Made by a program: the position numbers and the translations under genes
NCBI GenBank assembly: GCA_045863295.1
Contig: BTWA01000014.1
Coordinates: 64,001-128,000 of the forward strand
Direction: 5' to 3'
DNA length: 64,000 nt
From: Candidatus Hydrogenedentota bacterium
GTDB lineage: Bacteria; Hydrogenedentota; Hydrogenedentia; Hydrogenedentales; SLHB01
In this document: positions 30,260 to 39,596 of the stretch, in pieces
Numbering within the stretch: position 1 is the first letter of the stretch
Layout of the letters: every line of letters starts with the position of its first letter
Notes under the pieces: generated by a model
What the model was told of the DNA's origin: nothing
What the model saw: only the letters and a program-made list of their open reading frames with translations
The model's database searches: none

Positions 30260-30462
30260 TTCCTGAGATGACTCCGCCTCACACCGCCTGCAACCCTCGC
30301 TACACGCCTATATTGACAAATGCGGTGCCTCAATATCACGTTATAAAAGGAACCTCGCAAGGGCAAACCGTGTTCTACTCGGTTGACGCGTGACTGCCGC
30401 CTGCATTACTTTTGTCATCCGTGGCAGTGGCCAAATTCAATTTGCACAGGAAGGGTTGCACC

Positions 30463-31776
30463 GTGCACGTACCAAAGACTCGCTCCGGGCTCGTTTTGGT
30501 TCTTCTTTTTGTTGCCTGTGCGCCTGTTCTGGCGCAAGAACTGCAGGCGGGTACGGCCGTTCGGGACATCACTCCGCAGAGCCCTGTGCCCATGTGGGGT
30601 TATGGGGATCGTCATGCGCTTTTGTCCAAAGGGGTCATGGATCCTTTGTATGCAAAGGCCCTGGTTCTCGAGGCAGGCGAGGCGCGAATAGCCATTGTAA
30701 CCACGGATATTGGCCGCGCCCCTACTGAAGCGATTATGCAACGGATTCGACCGGCTGCGTTGGAGAAGGCGGGCGTGCAACACGTCCTCATTTCCGGATC
30801 ACATACGCACCACGGGCCGGTGATAGAGATGATCGACGAGGCTGGGAAGGGCAAAGGCACGTTTGACGCCGCCGTAGCTTATACCAAGACATACGAGGCC
30901 GCGCTGATTGATGTCATTGTGGAGGCCGCCGGAAACCTGGAGCCTGCCCGGATCGGCTACGGTTCCAGCCAGGTGGACCTGAACCGCAACCGGCAAGCGA
31001 AGGTGGAACCCAAACCGCGGGAGACTGAACTCACGGTGGTTCGAGTTGACGCTGCAACTGGAAATACACTGGCCACCATCGTCAATTTCGCGGCACACCC
31101 GACCATGCAGCCGGGCGAGGATCTGCGATTTTCAGCGGACTACTGCGGCTGGATGATGAAGACTGTGGAGGAATCGGTTGCCGGCCAATGTATGTTCGTA
31201 CAGGGCGCCGCGGGCGACATGTCTGTACAGGCGCCCCAAGAGGCGTCCACGCCAGAGTTGTATGGCAAGGTATTGGCCGCGGAGGTACTCAAGGTCGCGT
31301 CCGGCATACAGACTACCTCTCCTGAGACTCCCAGCATCCAATTCACTGAGCATACGTTTGAAGGTAAGTCGCGCGTGGATTTGGCCAATCCAATGATTCA
31401 AACGCTGTTGAAGTCTGCATTTTTTGACGAGTTTGTTGAAGCGTTCATGGTGGAGCTTCGTGGCGAAACCATTCGGCCCGTGTTATCCACGGCGCTTATC
31501 AACAGGGAAATCTACTTTGTGGGCGTTTCCGGTGAATTTTTCAGCAGTCACTCGGTGCGGTTAAAGCAGCGGATTCGCGGCGCTCAGGTCGTTTTTCAAG
31601 GCTACTGCAACGGCCACCATCTGTATTTTCCCACCATTGAGCAGGCCGCCCAAGGAGGATACGGGGCGGATGCCACTGTGTCGTGGGTGCCCCTGGGTAT
31701 GGGTGAAGAAATGATGAACCAGGCAGTAATCGATTATTACACGATGCGCGGGGAGTTGAAGTCCGGCATGCCATAA
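30463..31776 (+). CDS. Secreted neutral/alkaline ceramidase-like amidohydrolase
   Basis: DITP..MWGY, DPLYAKAL, SHTHHGP, NFAAHPT, QGAAGD and GEFF motifs. Start reassigned to GTG 30463. Confidence 0.8.
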   Translation: MHVPKTRSGLVLVLLFVACAPVLAQELQAGTAVRDITPQSPVPMWGYGDRHALLSKGVMDPLYAKALVLEAGEARIAIVTTDIGRAPTEAIMQRIRPAALEKAGVQHVLISGSHTHHGPVIEMIDEAGKGKGTFDAAVAYTKTYEAALIDVIVEAAGNLEPARIGYGSSQVDLNRNRQAKVEPKPRETELTVVRVDAATGNTLATIVNFAAHPTMQPGEDLRFSADYCGWMMKTVEESVAGQCMFVQGAAGDMSVQAPQEASTPELYGKVLAAEVLKVASGIQTTSPETPSIQFTEHTFEGKSRVDLANPMIQTLLKSAFFDEFVEAFMVELRGETIRPVLSTALINREIYFVGVSGEFFSSHSVRLKQRIRGAQVVFQGYCNGHHLYFPTIEQAAQGGYGADATVSWVPLGMGEEMMNQAVIDYYTMRGELKSGMP

Positions 31777-31789
31777 GAAGGCGAGGGCT

Positions 31790-33136
31790 GTGGAGATGAC
31801 GGTAAAGGCGGCGCGCCTGTGCGTGCTACTCATCGCAGTCACGACATATGTTTGGAGCGAAGAAGTGGAGAAGCCTTTTCGAGCCGGCTTCGCGAAACGC
31901 GACATCACGCCGTCCGAGTCCGTTCCCTTGTGGGGCTATGACGCTGAGAATCGCCCGGACAATTTATCCAAAGGCGTTCTTGATCCCTTGAATGCCAAGT
32001 GCGTGGTCATTCAAGCTGGAGATAAGAAGCTCGCGATTGTAGGGCTCGATCTTGGCCGTGCTCCTAATGAACCCTTGATCAAATCTGTGCGGGACGAAGT
32101 CTCCGGGCAATACGGTATTGACTTCCTTTTGCTTTGTGCCTCGCATACGCACCACGGTCCGGCCATGGAGTTTGAAGACAGGGACGGTTATGGCCGGGGC
32201 CCGTTTGATGCCTCGATCCGTTACTATAAGGAATTGCGGCAAAAGCTGGTTGATGTCATTGGCGAGGCTTCCACAGCACTTACAGATGCACGAATTGGTT
32301 TTGATACGAAACAGTGCTTGCTGAATCGAAACCGTCACAGTCAGATAGAGCCGATCCCGTGTGATCGCGATCTCACGGTTATCCGCATCGACGATGATGG
32401 CGGGAACATTCTCGCGCTACTGGTGAATTATCAGGCGCACCCTACCGTGCATCCGCCGCAGAACAACAAGTTCACTGCGGAATTTCCCGGCGTGATGATG
32501 GCCGCTGTGGAAAAAGAATTGTCGACCAACTGTATTTTTATCCAAGGCGCGGCCGGTGATCTGCAATGCGAAATGGACGACGACTTGTGGGGAGAGAAAG
32601 ACTTCATACAAGAGATTGGACTGGCATTGGCAAAGGAAGTGATTGATATGGCCCCCGGCATACAAATAACCCGTCCGGCGTCGCCTTCGCTGGTGGGCGA
32701 TCGCAAACGGTACACGTGCTCCCTTCGCCTTGATTTCAGTCAACCGGGGCTACGCGAAATGTATGCCGGCGCGTTCACACCGGAACTTACCAACTGCTTT
32801 TTTGATAAATATGCCGATGGCGAAATGCACCCCCGGTTGTCGACAGTGTTGTTGAACGACAATCTGTACTTTGTCGGCGCCTCCGGGGAGTTTTTCTGCG
32901 AACATGCACAGAATCTTAAGAGCCGTATCCGCGACGCGAAAGTCGTGTTTGCGGGATATTGCAATGGTCACGACATGTATTTTCCCACCATTAAGGGAGC
33001 GGCGGAGGGCGGCTACGGCGCGGATCCGGGTGTTGCGTGGGCCGCCTTGGGCACGGCCGAACGGATGATGGACGATGCCCTAATACAGTTCTATAAGTAT
33101 CGCGGAAGATTCGAAGATTCGGCTCTTAATCCATAG
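31790..33136 (+). CDS. Secreted ceramidase-like amidohydrolase, tandem paralog
   Basis: Same motifs (SHTHHGP, NYQAHPT, QGAAGD, GYCNGH, YFPTI, GGYGA), colinear with the upstream gene. Confidence 0.8.
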   Translation: MEMTVKAARLCVLLIAVTTYVWSEEVEKPFRAGFAKRDITPSESVPLWGYDAENRPDNLSKGVLDPLNAKCVVIQAGDKKLAIVGLDLGRAPNEPLIKSVRDEVSGQYGIDFLLLCASHTHHGPAMEFEDRDGYGRGPFDASIRYYKELRQKLVDVIGEASTALTDARIGFDTKQCLLNRNRHSQIEPIPCDRDLTVIRIDDDGGNILALLVNYQAHPTVHPPQNNKFTAEFPGVMMAAVEKELSTNCIFIQGAAGDLQCEMDDDLWGEKDFIQEIGLALAKEVIDMAPGIQITRPASPSLVGDRKRYTCSLRLDFSQPGLREMYAGAFTPELTNCFFDKYADGEMHPRLSTVLLNDNLYFVGASGEFFCEHAQNLKSRIRDAKVVFAGYCNGHDMYFPTIKGAAEGGYGADPGVAWAALGTAERMMDDALIQFYKYRGRFEDSALNP

Positions 33137-33250
33137 TCCCCCGCCGACGGGAATGTTGTTGGGCAGTTGATCGAACCTTTCCCTTCATGCGATAAATTCG
33201 CCTGTAGCTGTGGTATTCTGAGTACACTCGTAATGGCAAGGCAGATTCGC

Positions 33251-36200
33251 ATGACATTTCCGCCGTTTTCCGGTTGTTATTCCCGCCGATTCCGGCTCAT
33301 TCCGTTGGCCGTCCTTGTGTGTGCCTTACTGGCATTTCCGCGCAGTCTCCCTGCGCAAGGGTACTCTCCCGAAGACGCTCCCAAGCACATGACCTTGCCG
33401 GATGGATTTGAGGTCAGTCTGGTAGCGTCTGAACCCCTGATTACGCAGCCTGTTGCCATCGAGTTTGATGACAAGGGCCGCCTGTGGGCGGTCCAATACA
33501 TTCAATATCCCAACCCGGAGGGGCTTAAGCGGGTCAAGGTGGATAGGTACTCGCGCACCACGTACGACAAAGTGCCCGAACCACCTCCCCACGGACCGAA
33601 AGGTGCCGATTGCATTACCATCCTGGAAGACACCGACGGGGACGGCCGTGCCGACGCGGCCAAGAACTTTGTCGAAGGGTTGAATCTTTGCACCGGTCTT
33701 GCGTTCGGTCACGGCGGCGTATATGTCATCAATGTGCCCTATCTCTTGTTTTATCCCGATCGCGATCGGGATGATGTGCCTGATGGCGATCCCGAAGTGC
33801 TCGTCAAGGGGTTTGGAATGGAAGACGCCCATTCTGTAGCCAATTCGCTGACGTGGGGACCAGATGGTTGGCTGTATGGATTGCAGGGAAGCACTGTGAC
33901 TGCAAACATCGACGGCATAGAGTTTCAGCAGGGCATTTGGCGATTTCATCCCGTGAGAAAGCAATTTGAACTTTTTGCCGAAGGCGGCAGCAACATGTGG
34001 GGAATGGATTTTACACCTGAAGGTCATCTTATTACGTGCACCAACTACGGCGGCTATGTGGCACTCCACGCCGTCCAAGGCGGTTACTACTGGAAGCAGT
34101 TCGGCAAGCATGGTGCGCTTCATAACCCACACACCTACGGATATTTTGAACATCTAACGCACGATCAACCGCAAGGAGGGCACGTAAACGTCGGCGGCGT
34201 GATATACGAGGCCGACGCTTTCCCTCCGTCGTTTCAGTGTAAATTCATCGCGCCCAATCTGCTATCGCACAATGTCTATTGGCAGCGTCTCGAGCCCAAG
34301 GGGTCGACCTTCGAAACTTTTCACGAAGGGGAATTGTTGAACAGCAACGATACGTGGTTTGCTCCTTGCGACATGACCCTCGGGCCCGATGGGGCGCTCT
34401 ATGTGGCCGATTGGAACGACCGGCGCACCGCACATCCCGATCCTGACGCGGAATGGGATCGCAGTAATGGGCGCATCTATCGTATTCAGGCAAAGGGTGC
34501 TCAGAAAGTTGAACCCATTGACGTAGGGGCTATGAGCGGGGGCGATCTGCTAAATCTTCTGAATCATCCCAACAAGTGGTTCGTGCGGCGTGCGCAGGTG
34601 AATCTGGCCAGTCATCCCGACGAGTCGCTCCGGGAGCGTCTGACCGCGGACGCATTTGAAAATGAAGACGAACGGCTGGCGCGAAACAGCTTTTTTGCAT
34701 TGTACGGCAGTCTTGGGTTGGATGATTTGGCACTGCAGCGAGCGCTTCAGAGCAGTGACCCGGTCTACCGTCGTTGGGCTGTCCGTTATGTAGGCGACTT
34801 GCCCGTACCGGATCTGAACCAATTGGCATGGATTGGCGCCCTGGCTCGTGCCGAGACGGATCCGCACGTCGTGAGTCAGCTCGCATCCACGGCGAAGCGC
34901 ATCCCGAGGCTTCCCGGATCGGAGATTGTGCGCGCTCTTATCGGTCGCGATGCCGGCACCGGGGACTTGCACATCCCGCTCTTGCTCTGGTGGGCCGTGG
35001 AATCGCAAGCGATAGAATCTGCGGACCGTTGGGTGGCGTGGGCGGTCAAGGCGTCCGGCGAGGCGGGCAATGCGCAAACACAATTCTTGCTGCCGAAACT
35101 TGTCCGCCGCTTTGCCGCTGACGGGACCGAGAAGGGTGACTGGGCCTGCAGCCAATTGGTTGCCGCTGGAGACCGTGCGGCGCCCTCGGAGACAATCCTT
35201 GCCGCCATTGATGACGGCCTTCAAGACCGCGTAACCGCAAAACCCGATGAGGCCATGGGAACGCTCTTCGCCAACTATGCCAATGCAGAGACCGGGGTAT
35301 TGGCGGCGGCCGGGGCCATTCCGGTGAGCGAGGTTCTTGGCAACGCACTGAACGAGGTGTGGCTCAACAATCCGGACAACGTGCTGGTCATTCGTATTGC
35401 CGTACGCATCGGGCTTCAAGGGGCATTGTTGAAAGCGGTCAACTTCGCACTCAATCCGTCATTGCAGGAAGAGACCCGCGCCAAAATGGTGGATGTCATT
35501 GGGCGTTTTGGATCCGCGAGTGCCGCGCCCGCGTTGTTGAAATTGGTTTGGAGCGAGCCGTTGCCTGAACTTCGCAACGCGGCATTGAACGCCCTGGTGC
35601 GCAATCCCGATCCCTACTCCGGCGACACATTGCTCGCGGTATACGATGCCTCTGACGAGGCGTTCAGGTCGCGGCTGCGCGACGCGTTTTTTTCACGGCC
35701 GGACTGGGCCCAATTGTTTGTGCGCAAGGTTGAGTTGGGCGGCATTCAGGCTTCGGACGTGCCCCTGGACCAAGTGCGCGCACTGGCCCGGCACGAAAAT
35801 CCCGATCTCCAAGCGCTTGTTGAAAAACTGTGGGGCCGCGTCCAGGCCGGTACTCCCGAGGAGAAGCTGGCGGAAATGCGCCGCATGAATAACGAGCTGA
35901 ACCTGGCACAGGGTGACCCGGCCAAAGGCAAGAAGGTATTTGCCGAGCAATGTGCGAAATGCCACACCTTCTTTGGAGAAGGCGCCCAAGTAGGACCTGA
36001 ATTGACCCAAAGCAATCGGATGGATCGCGAGTTTCTGCTCGCAAGTCTGGTTGATCCCAATCTGACCATTCGCAAGGAGTATCAGCAGTTCATTATCGAT
36101 ATGAATGACGGCGCCATGTACAACGGCCTCATTGCCGAGCAGACTCCCGGCAACATCGCGATTCTCAATGCCAACGGCGAGCGAGTGACGCTTCCCATGG

Positions 36201-36346
36201 GCGATGTGACTGAGATTCGCGAAGCAGGCATATCCCTCATGCCCGAAGGGTTGCTTGCGGCGCTTACGGGTGACGATGTCCGGAATCTGTTTGCGTACCT
36301 GCAAAGCCCTGATCCGGCCGCAATTAGTGTGGCTTCGGCACATTAA
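33251..36346 (+). CDS. PVC-type membrane-bound dehydrogenase / heme-binding CxxCH protein
   Basis: N-terminal beta-propeller (LPDGFEVSLVASEP, EDTDGDGRAD, WGPDGWLY), HEAT-like middle region, CAKCH heme motif and SLMPEGL. Start approximate. Confidence 0.9.
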   Translation: MTFPPFSGCYSRRFRLIPLAVLVCALLAFPRSLPAQGYSPEDAPKHMTLPDGFEVSLVASEPLITQPVAIEFDDKGRLWAVQYIQYPNPEGLKRVKVDRYSRTTYDKVPEPPPHGPKGADCITILEDTDGDGRADAAKNFVEGLNLCTGLAFGHGGVYVINVPYLLFYPDRDRDDVPDGDPEVLVKGFGMEDAHSVANSLTWGPDGWLYGLQGSTVTANIDGIEFQQGIWRFHPVRKQFELFAEGGSNMWGMDFTPEGHLITCTNYGGYVALHAVQGGYYWKQFGKHGALHNPHTYGYFEHLTHDQPQGGHVNVGGVIYEADAFPPSFQCKFIAPNLLSHNVYWQRLEPKGSTFETFHEGELLNSNDTWFAPCDMTLGPDGALYVADWNDRRTAHPDPDAEWDRSNGRIYRIQAKGAQKVEPIDVGAMSGGDLLNLLNHPNKWFVRRAQVNLASHPDESLRERLTADAFENEDERLARNSFFALYGSLGLDDLALQRALQSSDPVYRRWAVRYVGDLPVPDLNQLAWIGALARAETDPHVVSQLASTAKRIPRLPGSEIVRALIGRDAGTGDLHIPLLLWWAVESQAIESADRWVAWAVKASGEAGNAQTQFLLPKLVRRFAADGTEKGDWACSQLVAAGDRAAPSETILAAIDDGLQDRVTAKPDEAMGTLFANYANAETGVLAAAGAIPVSEVLGNALNEVWLNNPDNVLVIRIAVRIGLQGALLKAVNFALNPSLQEETRAKMVDVIGRFGSASAAPALLKLVWSEPLPELRNAALNALVRNPDPYSGDTLLAVYDASDEAFRSRLRDAFFSRPDWAQLFVRKVELGGIQASDVPLDQVRALARHENPDLQALVEKLWGRVQAGTPEEKLAEMRRMNNELNLAQGDPAKGKKVFAEQCAKCHTFFGEGAQVGPELTQSNRMDREFLLASLVDPNLTIRKEYQQFIIDMNDGAMYNGLIAEQTPGNIAILNANGERVTLPMGDVTEIREAGISLMPEGLLAALTGDDVRNLFAYLQSPDPAAISVASAH

Positions 36347-36360
36347 AGAGGTTGACACCC

Positions 36361-37419
36361 ATGCAAATCCCAGCCATTGCCATTGCGGGTCTTCTTGTCG
36401 CGCTACTGGTGAGTTTGCCGTGTGGCGCCGAAGAAGTGCGCGTCTACGCGAACACGCTTACGCGCATTGAGAATCCCAAGCCAATCCTGGCCGATCATCC
36501 GGAATACGTATCGCCCATCGTGGAGGAGGCTCACTATGAAGCGCCGGCCATCGTCCAGGATGAGAATGCGGATTTGAACGTCCGGGCATGGCGATTTTCC
36601 TATAATGCGCGCGGGATCATCGAAATGCCCAATCATCTGTGCGGCGCGCAAACGGCTATCGTGGTAGTCCATCCCTGGGGCATTGACGATTCGAATGGCT
36701 GGAAGACGCCGCAGCCCGCGGGTGTCGCCGATTTCTGCACACCAATCAAGAATCATCTTGCTCATGGACATGTCGAGAAGATCCTGAATCCGTTTTTGCT
36801 TGCCATGCGGGACAAGGTGGGCATGGTGCTATATAGCCAGCCGGGAAAGGAAGATCCGATTCGCAAGATGCTCTACCGATCCGTGCATGGCCGGCCCACA
36901 GAGGCCGAGCATGCGCAAGGGAAAATAGAGCTGCACGCCAAACTGAATAGTTTCGACTATACCGGCGAGCCCATTGTGCCGGAATTGAAATTGAACGCGA
37001 ATACGCCGGTAATTGATTACTTCAAGCAATTTCCGGGTCTGGATTCGGGACCACGATACAATCGCGAGGGATTCTGGCAATTGCCAATTCCCATCATCGA
37101 TGCAATCAAGTATCACCCCGACGACGTCATGATCTACGACGCGGAGGGCTATGAAGTCATGCGGGATTTCCTCAAGTTAAACGGCATTCGCCATATCCTT
37201 CTCACGGGTTATTGCACAGACATGTGTTACAAGTCGACAACGGCCGGATACGAAAATCTGTCCAAGGATTTCAATGTGTTTTTGGTGGGTGACGCAACCT
37301 TGGCCACATTTCCCGCCAATACCACCCCCGCGTTTGCTACCAATGCATCCCTCTCGTTCGCTGCTTTGAACCAATTGGTGACGCAGATTTCGTGGATTGA
37401 ACCCGCAGGCAAGGAATAG
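36361..37419 (+). CDS. Secreted isochorismatase-like (cysteine hydrolase fold) protein
   Basis: Signal peptide; GIRHILLTGYCTDMC and FLVGDAT motifs. Confidence 0.65.
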   Translation: MQIPAIAIAGLLVALLVSLPCGAEEVRVYANTLTRIENPKPILADHPEYVSPIVEEAHYEAPAIVQDENADLNVRAWRFSYNARGIIEMPNHLCGAQTAIVVVHPWGIDDSNGWKTPQPAGVADFCTPIKNHLAHGHVEKILNPFLLAMRDKVGMVLYSQPGKEDPIRKMLYRSVHGRPTEAEHAQGKIELHAKLNSFDYTGEPIVPELKLNANTPVIDYFKQFPGLDSGPRYNREGFWQLPIPIIDAIKYHPDDVMIYDAEGYEVMRDFLKLNGIRHILLTGYCTDMCYKSTTAGYENLSKDFNVFLVGDATLATFPANTTPAFATNASLSFAALNQLVTQISWIEPAGKE

Positions 37420-37452
37420 GTGAGTTTGCCTGCTTGATCTGGGAGATAGAAC

Positions 37453-38268
37453 ATGAATCGCCGCACGTTCATGGGATCCATCGCCGCCTCGGCTTTTGCG
37501 CCGTCGCTGATTGCGGGCGCAGCACCCAACGATCGCCTCTGGAAGGACGGCAAGACGTGGGTCTATTCCATCACCTATGACGAAGGCGCCGCGGATCTTT
37601 TCAAGTATGCTGTTCCCCTGCACCGGCAGTATGGCATCCCCGGTCACATCGCGCTGGTCGCGTCTCAGGTGGGTGTACCTCGAAACGTGCCGGGCAGCAC
37701 CTATCACGGCATGATGATAGTCAGCAAGGAGCAATGTCAGGAATTGGCAAAAGAGGGGTGGGGATTCTCTTGCCATTCGCTTACTCACGCCAGCACCAAC
37801 GACGATAACGCGCAAAGCGAAGTGGTCGAGGCCAAGGGTGTGCTGGAAAAGGCGCTGGACATGCCCATCACGATTTTTACCGTGCCGGGGTCCAACGACG
37901 CTTATCCGCCGGCCCTGAAAGTCGCCGCCTCCGCGGGTTACAAGGCTATTTTTACCATCTACGACAAGGTCAACACGTTTGAGACGGACCTTATGAATCT
38001 TGGGCGTGTCCCGCTGCACACCGAGTACCCCGGCCCGTTCTTTTCCGTTTTCGATCCCTACAAGCGCATTCATCAGGCCATCGATCTGCACGGGTGGATC
38101 GTCGACTACTGCCATTGTCCCGTTCCCGACAAACCGTTGCATCCTGCGAAAGACTGCACCTCGCAAGAACTCGAGGCGCGATTCGAAGCAGTAAAACGTA
38201 TCGGCGGAGACGATGTGTGGCTGGCCGATCCGAATGAAGTGATTGACTGGTTGCTGAATAATGCGTGA
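37453..38268 (+). CDS. Tat-exported polysaccharide deacetylase (NodB-like)
   Basis: MNRRTFM twin-arginine signal; SITYDEG and CHSLTH motifs. Confidence 0.8.
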   Translation: MNRRTFMGSIAASAFAPSLIAGAAPNDRLWKDGKTWVYSITYDEGAADLFKYAVPLHRQYGIPGHIALVASQVGVPRNVPGSTYHGMMIVSKEQCQELAKEGWGFSCHSLTHASTNDDNAQSEVVEAKGVLEKALDMPITIFTVPGSNDAYPPALKVAASAGYKAIFTIYDKVNTFETDLMNLGRVPLHTEYPGPFFSVFDPYKRIHQAIDLHGWIVDYCHCPVPDKPLHPAKDCTSQELEARFEAVKRIGGDDVWLADPNEVIDWLLNNA

Positions 38269-38322
38269 GGCCATGCTAATTTCGGAAACGATCGAACCCT
38301 TGCGGCCCTTACCCCTTGCCGG

Positions 38323-39558
38323 ATGCCTGTCATGAATCTCATCAATCAGATCGTTCAGGCGCAACTTGCCGAACCGTTGCCCAATCCCTTTCCTCGCACC
38401 ATCGGCCCGAATGCACTGAAATACGTGCAGGAAGTTGTTGAGTCCGGTCTGACGGTCGACATGATTGGACGCTTCGAACAGGCCTTCGCCAAGGAAATGG
38501 GGGTCAAGTACTGCATTGCAACCCCCGGTTGCACGGCGGCCTTGCACGTGCTGATGCTGGCATCCGGCTTTAAGCCGGGCGACGAAATCATTGTGAGTCC
38601 GATCACCGATTACGGCACGGTGCAGGGCTTGCTTGCGGAAGACCTGGTGCCCGTGTTTGCCGATACCGAACCGGGCAGCATCAATTTTTCGGCCCGTACC
38701 ATTGAAGCGTGCGTCACGCCGAGAACGCGCGCCATACTCTGCGTACACAAGACCGGCATCATTAACGATATGGATCCCATCAATGAGTTGGCGCGCAACC
38801 ACGGGCTAAAAGTATACGAAGATGCTTGTCAGGCGGTATTTGGCGAATACAAAGGCCGCCTTGCGGGAACACTGGGCGACGCCGCTTGCTTTTCATTTGA
38901 TGCGGAGAAGACCATGGGATCCGATATCGGTGGCTGCATGGTTACCATCGACCCCGAACTGTACGAGCGCGCGCGTTTTGCCGGCCAGAACAGGGCCGGT
39001 GTGATGAAAGCCCATTTCGGGCGCACGCACACCGAAGTAGGTTACGCCTATCGAATGCCCAATTGTACCGCTGCCATTTGCCTGGCCCAGCTCGAAGTCA
39101 TCCGGGAGCAAGTTGCCCACCGCGACAAGATGGCGCGGCTGCTGCTGCAGAAGTTGGGGGAGATCCCCGGAATTACCCCGCTGCAAATTCCCGACTATCT
39201 CAACGTGTTTTCCTGCTGGATGATGGGATTCAACATCGATCCCGCGGCGTTCAATTGCACGACGGAGGAATTCGCCTTGACACTTGCCGATGCCGGTGTG
39301 CCAGGGGCGGGCATTGCCAACTACTACCTGATGGCGGACGGGCTTGTTCTGCTTCATGATCGCCGTGGGCAGTATCCGTACAGCGTTCCGCCCGCATCCA
39401 AGGAACCGGTATACGGTGAGGCGGTTTGTCACACCGGGCGGGAGTTCTTAAGAACGTTCATCCGTTGGTCGTCGTTTTGCGAGAAGTATCAATCGCATCA
39501 CTGCGAGCTTGCAGCCAATCTGGTTGCACACGTGGCGGAAAAATACCGCAAAGCCTGA
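38323..39558 (+). CDS. DegT/DnrJ/EryC1/StrS PLP-dependent aminotransferase
   Basis: CTAALH, PGDEIIV, EDACQA and FSFDAEKTM (PLP Lys) motifs. Confidence 0.92.
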   Translation: MPVMNLINQIVQAQLAEPLPNPFPRTIGPNALKYVQEVVESGLTVDMIGRFEQAFAKEMGVKYCIATPGCTAALHVLMLASGFKPGDEIIVSPITDYGTVQGLLAEDLVPVFADTEPGSINFSARTIEACVTPRTRAILCVHKTGIINDMDPINELARNHGLKVYEDACQAVFGEYKGRLAGTLGDAACFSFDAEKTMGSDIGGCMVTIDPELYERARFAGQNRAGVMKAHFGRTHTEVGYAYRMPNCTAAICLAQLEVIREQVAHRDKMARLLLQKLGEIPGITPLQIPDYLNVFSCWMMGFNIDPAAFNCTTEEFALTLADAGVPGAGIANYYLMADGLVLLHDRRGQYPYSVPPASKEPVYGEAVCHTGREFLRTFIRWSSFCEKYQSHHCELAANLVAHVAEKYRKA

Positions 39559-39596
39559 TTCTAGGCCGAGAGGCCGAGTGGGGGAGAATCGAGTTC

